From positions 67,029 to 131,028 of the forward strand of contig JAADHJ010000044.1 in the NCBI GenBank assembly GCA_013151915.1: DNA of 64,000 nucleotides. Direction: 5' to 3'. Position numbers and translations under genes: made by a program. The stretch is from Deltaproteobacteria bacterium. Its GTDB lineage: Bacteria; BMS3Abin14. Below the pieces are notes generated by a model. That model searched no databases and was not told the origin of the DNA. It saw nothing but the letters and a program-made list of their open reading frames with translations. Shown piece after piece: positions 17,967 through 25,729 of this stretch (within the stretch, counting starts at the first letter, position 1; every line of letters starts with the position of its first letter).

Positions 17967-19478
17967 TTGATGGGTCGAAAACAGTATTTTCATACCAGTC
18001 TTCGGATGAGGACAATGGTTCTTTACGCCGTGGTTCCGGCCATGGCGCTGTTTCTTGTCTCCTGCGCCGGGGGGCAGGTCAAGAAAAAGGAAGCGGGTTA
18101 TCGTATCGGCGTGAACATGGGTACCCTCAATCCCGCATTGGCGCAGGATCTCGGTTTGCCGGGGAACCTGAAAGGTGTGGTTGTCGTGGCGGTGTCCCAG
18201 GGGTCGCCCGCGGCTGCGGCGGGGATCAGACCAGGGGATGTTGTCCTGGGGATAAAAACGGCGGACGGAAAGCTGCAGGAAACGCCCGACACCAATGTAT
18301 TCGTAGAGTTATTGAAAAAGATGCCGATAGATCGCCCGGTGAAATTCTCCGTGCTCCGCGGCGGAAAAACGATGGATATTTCCAGCACGCAGGGCACCGG
18401 GCAATTTTCCGGGTACGTTCAGCCCGGGTCCCGGCCCGAGCCGAGGACCATCAAGGTGTCGCCGGACGGATCCGGCGACTGCCGCACCATCACCGGGGCC
18501 ATGCTTTCCGCCCGCCCGGGCGACACGATCCTGCTCTCTCGTGCTCCCGGTCCCGGCGGGGTGTACGGTCCCTTCCATGTTTTCCTGGACAACCTGACCG
18601 TTCGCTCGGAAGACTTGGCGAACCGGGCGGTTCTGCAGCAGATTCTTTTAAAGGGTCTTACCGGTGTGAAATTGAGCGGCCTCGATTTTAGGGGGAGTCC
18701 GCAGGGAAGTTGGCCGGGGGTGCATATCAACAACTGCAACAGGGTCACGGTGGAAAACTGCACCTTCTCCGGGTACTTCAGGGCGGTGGGCATCCGCGCC
18801 TCCCAGGGGGTTTCCGTTACGGGCAGCCGTATGAAGAAAAACGCTCAGGGGATCGTTGCTTCTCAAACGGATTTTAAAATTAACGGCAATCTTATTGTCG
18901 GGGCACAAAGCGGGGGGCACGACAAGCAGGGGATCTGGATCTCAGGTTCCCGTGGAACGGTTTCGAATAATACGATCCTTTACTACAAGGTAGGGACCGA
19001 AACGTTTATAAATGGCCTGAAGAACAGCAGGTATAATATTACCGGCGTAGGTATCTACGTGGGCCAGGGTTCCAACGTTTCCATCGAGAACAATATCGTG
19101 TATGACAACAGCGCCGGGATATACGTGCAAGCGGGCGAAACAACCCACTACCGCGTCGAGTACAACGACATCTTTCAGAATACCACTAAGACCGGACAGA
19201 CGGAAGATGGAGATTACGCGGATTACCTTACCGGGTCGAACTGGAACTTCTCCAAGGGGACCAGGGTCATAAAGAAATCGTCTCCCCTCCTTACGGTTTA
19301 CGGATGGGAGCATAACTACTTTGCTCCCATCCCCGTGCCCCGCTCACGGACCAACCTTTCCCAGGCTCCGTTCTTCAACGACCCGACCCTGGACGATTAT
19401 CGGCTGGCCGCCGACTCTCCCCTCGTCGGGAGGGGCAGAGGCGGGACCTATATTGGAGCTTTGCTTTCCCGCCGATAG
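17967..19478 (+). CDS. Lipoprotein with PDZ domain and beta-helix repeats, paralog 2
   Basis: Same architecture as 15371..16918. The 5' roughly 300 bp and 3' roughly 500 bp are nearly identical in nucleotides to paralog 1, and the middle has diverged. The C-terminus is truncated by a 5-bp GCTTT duplication relative to paralog 1. Confidence 0.7.
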   Translation: MMGRKQYFHTSLRMRTMVLYAVVPAMALFLVSCAGGQVKKKEAGYRIGVNMGTLNPALAQDLGLPGNLKGVVVVAVSQGSPAAAAGIRPGDVVLGIKTADGKLQETPDTNVFVELLKKMPIDRPVKFSVLRGGKTMDISSTQGTGQFSGYVQPGSRPEPRTIKVSPDGSGDCRTITGAMLSARPGDTILLSRAPGPGGVYGPFHVFLDNLTVRSEDLANRAVLQQILLKGLTGVKLSGLDFRGSPQGSWPGVHINNCNRVTVENCTFSGYFRAVGIRASQGVSVTGSRMKKNAQGIVASQTDFKINGNLIVGAQSGGHDKQGIWISGSRGTVSNNTILYYKVGTETFINGLKNSRYNITGVGIYVGQGSNVSIENNIVYDNSAGIYVQAGETTHYRVEYNDIFQNTTKTGQTEDGDYADYLTGSNWNFSKGTRVIKKSSPLLTVYGWEHNYFAPIPVPRSRTNLSQAPFFNDPTLDDYRLAADSPLVGRGRGGTYIGALLSRR

Positions 19479-19527
19479 AGCAAAAGGCAGGGACCGGGGA
19501 GTTCAAGTAATGACGAACGGGATGCGC

Positions 19528-19610
19528 GACTCTGGACCCTTCGACAGGCTCAGGGCAGGCTCTGGACTCTGGACTCAGGACACTGGACTCTGGACTTCAG
19601 GTTCCGTACC
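19528..19610. repeat. CTGGACT heptamer tract plus GGTTCCG...CGGAACC hairpin, copy D1
   Basis: Reads ctggact ctggact caggaca ctggact ctggact then GGTTCCGtacccCGGAACC. It lies exactly at the break of homology with the paralog 1 locus. Confidence 0.5.
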
Positions 19611-19623
19611 CCGGAACCTGAAC

Positions 19624-20490
19624 CTACCCTCCGAAGACCACCGTTTTCCCATTGTGGATCAGCACTCTGTTTTCAACGTGCATTCCAACCGCCCTGGCCA
19701 GCACCATCTTCTCGATGTCCAGGCCTTTCCTCTTCAGCGTGATCACGCTGTCGCGGTGGGTCACAGGGACAACGTCCTGAAAGATGATGGGACCTTGGTC
19801 CAGCTTCTCGGTAATGTAGTGGCTCGTAGCGCCGATGATCTTGACCCCCCGCATGAATGCCTGCCTGTAGGGATCGGCCCCGACAAAGGCGGGAAGGAAG
19901 GAGTGGTGAATATTGATGATACTGTTGCGGTAGCCGTTGACGAACTTGGATGACAGGATCTGCATGTACCGCGCGAGGACGATGGTATCGATATTTTCTT
20001 TCCTGAGAAGCTCCATCACCTGTTGTTCCTGATCCTTTTTATTGTCCTTCGTGACCGGGAAGCAGTGGAATGGAACGTGGTAGTATCCGGCGATGTCCCT
20101 CTGGTCCTCGTGGTTGCTGATGATGCAGGGGATATCCACCTGGAGGTGGCCGCTCCGCCACCTGTACAGGAGATCAAGGAGGCAATGGCCCTGCCTGGAG
20201 ACCATGATGGCTATCCGTTGTTTCCGGTCTGAGAAGAAAAGTCTGTGGGCCATTCCCAGACGCCAACAGACCTTGCTGAACTCATCATCCAGGTCCTCCC
20301 GCGGGATCTCGAAGCCGTCCATGTCCCAGCGGATCCTCATGAAGAACATGCTCTCCACGGGATCGGTGTGCTGGTCGAGGTAGACGATGTTCCCGCCGTG
20401 ATCGAAGATCCAGTTGGTAATTGTGGCGATGATCCCCTTTGTATCCTTACCCTGGATCAGCGCGGTTACTATGGGGGCCTTGTCACCCAT
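19624..20490 (-). CDS. purU: Formyltetrahydrofolate deformylase
   Basis: N-terminal ACT domain plus formyltransferase core (HHSFLPAF, SHYITE.LD.GPII motifs). The start is taken at ATG 20488-90 (GGGGA ribosome-binding site) rather than TTG 20496. Confidence 0.85.
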   Translation of the reverse strand: MGDKAPIVTALIQGKDTKGIIATITNWIFDHGGNIVYLDQHTDPVESMFFMRIRWDMDGFEIPREDLDDEFSKVCWRLGMAHRLFFSDRKQRIAIMVSRQGHCLLDLLYRWRSGHLQVDIPCIISNHEDQRDIAGYYHVPFHCFPVTKDNKKDQEQQVMELLRKENIDTIVLARYMQILSSKFVNGYRNSIINIHHSFLPAFVGADPYRQAFMRGVKIIGATSHYITEKLDQGPIIFQDVVPVTHRDSVITLKRKGLDIEKMVLARAVGMHVENRVLIHNGKTVVFGG

Positions 20491-20513
20491 GCTCAATCAT
20501 CCCCTTTACTGTT

Positions 20514-20693
20514 GGTAGGGTCGTAAAAAGTCCATGAATGGCTTTTTACTCCACGGAAAGCGAAAAGTGTCATTTTCACTTTCCTTACAAATCAACAACC
20601 TGTCCCGTAAATCGATGACCTGCGGGACAAGTCATTGATTTGGGCGCCCCTTAATGGGCGCGATGATGATTTCTTACGAAGTCATCATCTTTA
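20514..20693 (+). repeat. 180-bp multi-hairpin intergenic repeat, unit B copy 1
   Basis: Five consecutive imperfect palindromes: AAAAAGTCCAT/ATGGCTTTTT, GGAAAG..CTTTCC, CAAATCAACAACCTGTCCCG..CGGGACAAGTCATTGATTTG, GCGCCC..GGGCGC and GATGA...TCATC. It is tandem with copy 2. Confidence 0.7.
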
Positions 20694-20880
20694 GGTAGGG
20701 TCGTAAAAAGTCCGTTAATGGCCTTTTTTCTCAACGGAAAGCGAAAAGTGTCATTTTCACTTTCCTCACAAATCAAGAACCTGTCCCGCAAATCGATGAC
20801 CTGCGGGACAAGTCATTGATTTGGGCGCCCCTTAGCGGGCGCATTGATGACTTTTTACCAAGTCATACGAAGTCATCAAT
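20694..20880 (+). repeat. 180-bp multi-hairpin intergenic repeat, unit B copy 2 (about 90% identical to copy 1)
   Basis: Direct tandem duplicate of 20514..20693. It ends in GTTGATGACTTTTTACC..AAGTCATCAAT. Confidence 0.7.
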
Positions 20881-21072
20881 ATTCATTGTAATGAATATTC
20901 GTTGTCGATGCTGGATGATATTATAACGTGCTGTATTTTAAAGAAAAGATAATAAAGGTCAACATGTATTAGGGCTGAGACTTCCACCCTCTTCATTATT
21001 CCTCTCGACTGTGCTAATTTTCTTCCTTTCGGATCAACCTGAAACAGATATTACGTGCGGAGGAAAGCTCCC

Positions 21073-21363
21073 GTGAAAATTACCCCCGAGCTGGTGGAAC
21101 ACGTGGCCGACCTGGCCCGCCTGAAACTGTCCGGCGATGAACAGAAGAGGATGGAGATCCAACTGGGTGACATCCTTGCCTATATCGGTCTTCTGGACGA
21201 ACTGGACACGTCCGGTGTTTCCCCGACCTCCCACGTCATCGAGGTATTCAATGTCTTTCGGGATGACGAGGTGAGGCCGTCTTTTCCGGTGGAAAAGAGT
21301 CTGGCCAACGCTCCAGATAGATCCGGCACCGCCTTTAAAGTCCCGCGAATCATTGAAGACTAG
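21073..21363 (+). CDS. gatC: Asp/Glu-tRNA amidotransferase subunit C
   Basis: Typical GatC start ([21 protein letters not shown]) and length. The GTG start has a GGAGGAAAG ribosome-binding site. The ORF-track start at 21055 probably over-extends it. Confidence 0.8.
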   Translation: MKITPELVEHVADLARLKLSGDEQKRMEIQLGDILAYIGLLDELDTSGVSPTSHVIEVFNVFRDDEVRPSFPVEKSLANAPDRSGTAFKVPRIIED

Positions 21364-21376
21364 GAAAAAGAGCCCC

Positions 21377-22834
21377 ATGAAACTTTACAGCAAGACCATA
21401 CATGAGCTGCATGAGGAAATGAAAGAGGGCCGCCTCACCTCAACGCAGATTACAAAGAGTGTTTTTTCCCGCATTGCCGAGGTGGACGACCGGATCGGTG
21501 CCTATCTGACCCTCACTGAGGAGTCGGCCATGGAAGCGGCGGAGAGGGCTGACGGCCGGTTTGGCAAAGGTGATTTTCTGGGCCCTCTGGATGGAATACC
21601 CATAGGATTAAAGGATATCTTCCTTACCGAGGGGGTCAGGACAACCTGCGGCTCGAAAATTCTGGAAAACTTCATCTCACCCTATGATGGGACAGTGGTT
21701 GCGCGGCTTAAACAGGCCGGCGCAGTGATTTCCGGCAAACTCAATATGGACGAGTTTGCCATGGGATCGTCCAGCGAGAATTCCGGGTTCTTCCCGGTTC
21801 ACAACCCGTGGAATATCGGCCGGGTTCCGGGAGGGTCATCGGGCGGGTCCGCCGCCTCCATCGCCGCGGGCGAGGCCATCGGTGCGCTGGGAACCGACAC
21901 GGGAGGCTCCATCCGTCAGCCCGCTTCGCACTGCGGCGTCGTGGGCATGAAGCCTACCTATGGCAGGGTGAGCCGCTATGGGGTCATCGCTTTCGCCTCG
22001 TCCCTAGACCAGGTCGGCCCCTTGGCAAAGGACGTTACCGATTGCGCTATTCTCCTGAAGGCCATCGCCGGTCATGATCCGGCCGACTCCACATCCGCGA
22101 AGCTCCATGTCCCTGACTATCCCTCCCTTCTCACAGGGGATGTTGAAGGTATGAAGGTGGGAATTCCGGATGAATATTTCGGGGAGGGGCTTGACCCTGG
22201 AGTAGAGGACCTGGTCCAGAAGGCGGCGGCGGCCCTTGAAGACAGGGGGATGGAACTTGTTCCTGTCACGCTTCCCAGCACTCGTTACGCGGTGGCCACA
22301 TACTACATCATCGCCCCGGCGGAGGCGTCATCTAATCTCGCGCGCTATGATGGGGTCCGCTTCGGTGCCCGTTATCCCGATGCCGGGGGACTCATGGAGA
22401 TGTACAAGGAAACCCGCAGCAGGGGATTCGGGCCCGAGGTGAAGCGCCGGATCATGCTCGGCACCTTCGCCCTGTCGTCCGGGTATTACGATGCCTACTA
22501 CGGGAAGGCTCAGAGGGTTCGCACCATGATTCGCAGAGAGATGGATGAGGCGTTTTCAAAGGTGGACGTGCTTCTCTCTCCCACCGCCCCGACACCGGCG
22601 TTTCCCATCGGGGATAAGATCGACGATCCCCTGAAAATGTACCTTTCGGATATTTTTACGATCCCGGTGAATATCGCCGGGGTTGCCGCTCTGTCGTTGC
22701 CCTGCGGCCTGTCGGTGGATGGCATGCCTGTGGGTGTGCAGCTCACCTCCCCCGCCTTCAAGGAGGAGGTCCTGCTCAATGTGGCCTTCGCCTACGAAAA
22801 GGAGAGAGGAAAGTTCCCGGAGTGCCCATTGTAA
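21377..22834 (+). CDS. gatA: Asp/Glu-tRNA amidotransferase subunit A (amidase signature)
   Basis: Amidase signature [14 protein letters not shown] and a GatA-type N-terminus. The ATG at 21377 lies just after the gatC stop. Confidence 0.9.
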   Translation: MKLYSKTIHELHEEMKEGRLTSTQITKSVFSRIAEVDDRIGAYLTLTEESAMEAAERADGRFGKGDFLGPLDGIPIGLKDIFLTEGVRTTCGSKILENFISPYDGTVVARLKQAGAVISGKLNMDEFAMGSSSENSGFFPVHNPWNIGRVPGGSSGGSAASIAAGEAIGALGTDTGGSIRQPASHCGVVGMKPTYGRVSRYGVIAFASSLDQVGPLAKDVTDCAILLKAIAGHDPADSTSAKLHVPDYPSLLTGDVEGMKVGIPDEYFGEGLDPGVEDLVQKAAAALEDRGMELVPVTLPSTRYAVATYYIIAPAEASSNLARYDGVRFGARYPDAGGLMEMYKETRSRGFGPEVKRRIMLGTFALSSGYYDAYYGKAQRVRTMIRREMDEAFSKVDVLLSPTAPTPAFPIGDKIDDPLKMYLSDIFTIPVNIAGVAALSLPCGLSVDGMPVGVQLTSPAFKEEVLLNVAFAYEKERGKFPECPL

Positions 22835-22839
22835 ATACG

Positions 22840-23073
22840 TTCCACGTTCAAGGTTTAACGCCCAACGGGGAAAGCACCTTCAACGTTCAACAATGATAGG
22901 GTCGCAAAAAGTCCATTTATGGCTTTTTGCTCTACCCATCAGTGGGCGCATTGATGACTTTTTGCGATGGTGTCAACCATTGAACTCTTGAACCTTTGAA
23001 CCATTGAACCTTTGAACCATTGAACTCTTGAACCATTGAACTCTTGAACCATTGAACCTTGAACGTGGAACTC
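22840..23073. mobile_element. MITE-like element with about 20-bp terminal inverted repeats (TTCCACGTTCAAGGTT / AACCTTGAACGTGGAA)
   Basis: Perfect terminal inverted repeats lie at 22840-22859 and 23054-23073. The interior carries GTTCAA hexamer arrays (about 14 copies) and a deletion derivative of unit B (GGGTCGCAAAAAGTCCATTTATGGCTTTTTGC...GGGCGCATTGATGACTTTTTGCGATGGTGTCAACC). It is inserted between gatA and gatB. Confidence 0.6.
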
Positions 23074-23110
23074 GAAATCTGATTCAGAGACTGTTGCGGA
23101 GAGAAAAACA

Positions 23111-24544
23111 ATGGACTACGAAGCGGTTATAGGGCTGGAGATTCACGCCCAGCTTAAAACGAATACCAAAATCTTCTGCGGCTGCAGTACCAGGTTTGGC
23201 GAGAAACCCAACGCCAACACCTGCCCGGTGTGCCTTGGAATGCCCGGCGTCCTGCCGGTTCTCAACCGCAAGGTGGTGGAATATGCCATCATGATGGGGC
23301 TGGCTACGCACTGCCGCATCGCGGAAGAGAGCGTATTCGCCCGGAAGAACTACTTCTATCCGGACCTGCCCAAGGGGTACCAGATCAGCCAGTATGAACA
23401 CCCATTGTGCGAGAAGGGGTGGGTCGATATCAGCACCAACGGCGAGTCCAGACGGATAGGGATTACCCGGATTCACATGGAAGAGGATGCCGGCAAGCTT
23501 GTACACGAGGGAGCCATGGGGTCGGCTTCGTTCAGCCTGGTTGACCTGAACAGATCCTGCGTCCCCCTGATCGAGATTGTCAGCGAACCGGACATCCGAT
23601 CCCCCGAGGAGGCCAGGGGATACGTTCAGGCCCTCCGGGACATCGTGGTCTACCTGGGCATATGTGATGGAAATATGGAGGAAGGCTCTCTTCGGTGCGA
23701 CGCCAACATCTCCATCAGGCCCAGGGGATCGGATACCTTTGGCACAAGGGCTGAGATCAAGAACATGAACTCCTTCCGGTTTCTCCATGCCGCCCTTGAA
23801 TACGAGATCGAACGGCAGATCGAAATCGTGGAAAACGGCGGTCATGTTGTCCAGGAGACCCGCCTTTTTGACTCCACCAGAGGGATGACGTCCTCCATGA
23901 GAGGTAAGGAGGATGCCCACGATTATCGATATTTCCCGGAGCCCGACCTGGTCCCGATCAAAATCGATGAGGACTGGATCAAGAATGCCGAGGGAGCCAT
24001 GCCCGAGTTGAGGGCCGCCAAGATGAAAAGGTTTGCGGCGGAACTGGGGCTTCCCGAATACGACGCCGAGGTCCTGACTTCGGATCCTGAGGTCGCCGCG
24101 TTCTTCGAATCCGTGGTGAACGCCGGCGCCGGGGCCAAGGCAGCCAGCAACTGGATTATGGGTGAGTTCATGCGTCTTGCCAAGGACAGCGGGGTCGGGG
24201 CTGCTCGCGTCACTCCCGCTCAGATGGCTCGCATTATCACCCTGGTGGAGACTCAGACCATATCAGGGTCCGCGGCGAAGGCGGTCTTCGAGGAGGTGTT
24301 CACTACGGGCGGTGACCCTGACAGGATCGTGGATGAACGGGGACTCGCCCAGGTTTCAGAGGACGGCGCCATCAGGGGTGAGGTCCGGAAGGTCCTTGAG
24401 GCCTACCCGGCCGAGGTGGAACAATTCAGGGCCGGCAAGGATAAGGTTCTCGGCTTCTTCGTGGGTCAGGTCATGAGGGCGATGAAGGGTAAGGCGAATC
24501 CCAAAATTGTCAACGAGATATTAAGGGAATTACTGTCGGAATAG
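23111..24544 (+). CDS. gatB: Asp/Glu-tRNA amidotransferase subunit B
   Basis: Canonical GatB N-terminus ([23 protein letters not shown]) and a C-terminal YqeY-like tail. Confidence 0.9.
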   Translation: MDYEAVIGLEIHAQLKTNTKIFCGCSTRFGEKPNANTCPVCLGMPGVLPVLNRKVVEYAIMMGLATHCRIAEESVFARKNYFYPDLPKGYQISQYEHPLCEKGWVDISTNGESRRIGITRIHMEEDAGKLVHEGAMGSASFSLVDLNRSCVPLIEIVSEPDIRSPEEARGYVQALRDIVVYLGICDGNMEEGSLRCDANISIRPRGSDTFGTRAEIKNMNSFRFLHAALEYEIERQIEIVENGGHVVQETRLFDSTRGMTSSMRGKEDAHDYRYFPEPDLVPIKIDEDWIKNAEGAMPELRAAKMKRFAAELGLPEYDAEVLTSDPEVAAFFESVVNAGAGAKAASNWIMGEFMRLAKDSGVGAARVTPAQMARIITLVETQTISGSAAKAVFEEVFTTGGDPDRIVDERGLAQVSEDGAIRGEVRKVLEAYPAEVEQFRAGKDKVLGFFVGQVMRAMKGKANPKIVNEILRELLSE

Positions 24545-24608
24545 AAGCGCTTCTGACGTCCCTGACGGGGCGTGTATGGGAGTAGGGGAGCATGGGAGTA
24601 TCGATGTA

Positions 24609-24648
24609 TTCTGGACTCTGGACCTTGGACTCTGGACTTTGGGTTCCG
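24609..24648. repeat. CTGGACT heptamer tract, copy D2
   Basis: Reads ctggact ctggacc ttggact ctggact ttgGGTTCCGgcatCGGAAAC. It has the same composition as 19528..19610. Confidence 0.5.
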
Positions 24649-24670
24649 GCATCGGAAACGTGAAGTGAAA

Positions 24671-25723
24671 ATGAGTGAGATCAGGCCCATATTCTGGGAT
24701 CCATCAAAAAAGGTTCTGACCCTTCTTGACCAGTCCCTCCTCCCCGCTGAGCGGGTCTATCGCGGGTACTCCGACCCCCATGGGGTTACCGAGGCTATCA
24801 GGTCCATGGTGGTACGCGGCGCCCCGGCGATAGGGTGTGCGGCCGCCTTCGCTCTGGTCATGGCCGCGGCCAATTATTCCGGCGCGGACCCCGCTGAACT
24901 CGGGGTTCAGGTGAAAGCCGCCTCTGTGGAGATGGCGTCTGCCCGTCCCACCGCGGTCAACCTCTTTTGGGCCATAGAGCGTATGGGACGCCTGCTGTCC
25001 GAGACTGAGGATCGGGACTGTTCCTGGGTCAAGGAGGCACTGGAAGCCGAGGCCATGGCCATTTTCAGGGAGGACCTGGCCGCATGCCGCCGCATTGGGG
25101 ACCTGGGGGCACGGCTGGTTCCCGATAATGCAAGAATCCTCACCCACTGCAACGCCGGAGCCCTGGCCACCGCCGGGTACGGGACCGCCCTTGGTGTTAT
25201 CCGTTCGGCGGCCGGTGACGGCAGGGTTTCCATGGTCTGGGTGGACGAAACCCGTCCGGTTCTGCAGGGGGCACGGTTGACGGCGTGGGAGATGGTGGAA
25301 GATGGAATCCCCGCTACCCTTATCACCGACAATGTGGCCGGCTCTCTAATGGCCTCAGGCAGGGTGGATTTCGTAATCGTGGGTGCGGACCGTATCGCGG
25401 CCAATGGGGATGTCGCCAACAAGATCGGGACCTACAGCCTGGCTGTTCTGGCTCACTATCACCGGATTCCCTTCGTGGTGGCGGCTCCAACGTCCACGGT
25501 TGATCTCTCAATAGCATCCGGTGCGTCTATCCCCATCGAGGAACGTTCTCCGGCCGAGGTTACCGGATATGGGAACCTGTCATGGGCCCCCGATGGGATC
25601 GCCGTATTCAATCCTGCCTTCGATGTGACCCCGGCGAATCTGGTTACCGCCATCATCACGGAGCGTGGAATCATGACACCGCCCCTCGACCAGGGCCTGT
25701 CAGGGCTTCTGGAGTCCGGGTAA
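24671..25723 (+). CDS. mtnA: S-methyl-5-thioribose-1-phosphate isomerase (eIF-2B alpha/beta/delta-like family)
   Basis: Family signatures VRGAPAIGCAAA and GADRIAANGDVANKIGTY. The start is at ATG 24671 (MSEIRP). Confidence 0.8.
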   Translation: MSEIRPIFWDPSKKVLTLLDQSLLPAERVYRGYSDPHGVTEAIRSMVVRGAPAIGCAAAFALVMAAANYSGADPAELGVQVKAASVEMASARPTAVNLFWAIERMGRLLSETEDRDCSWVKEALEAEAMAIFREDLAACRRIGDLGARLVPDNARILTHCNAGALATAGYGTALGVIRSAAGDGRVSMVWVDETRPVLQGARLTAWEMVEDGIPATLITDNVAGSLMASGRVDFVIVGADRIAANGDVANKIGTYSLAVLAHYHRIPFVVAAPTSTVDLSIASGASIPIEERSPAEVTGYGNLSWAPDGIAVFNPAFDVTPANLVTAIITERGIMTPPLDQGLSGLLESG

Positions 25724-25729
25724 CAGCCT

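Noticed and set aside
17945-18691. 248-aa plus-strand ORF overlapping the second lipoprotein gene in another frame
   Set aside because: Its first 17 residues are the duplicated tail of the TPR gene. The rest is an R/G-rich out-of-frame read-through of the lipoprotein gene and is not a real gene.
20514-20880. Possible CRISPR array (two direct repeats)
   Set aside because: The repeat unit is about 180 bp and the copies are directly adjacent with no spacers. This is a tandem duplication of a structured repeat, not a CRISPR array.
23084-23920. 278-aa minus-strand ORF inside gatB
   Set aside because: Antisense shadow ORF; gatB is unambiguous. The same reasoning applies to the minus-strand ORFs 4323..4847, 17304..17993, 17473..18015, 27857..28759, 28818..29717, 33823..34701, 36261..36968, 43421..44335, 54279..55295 and 55926..56459.
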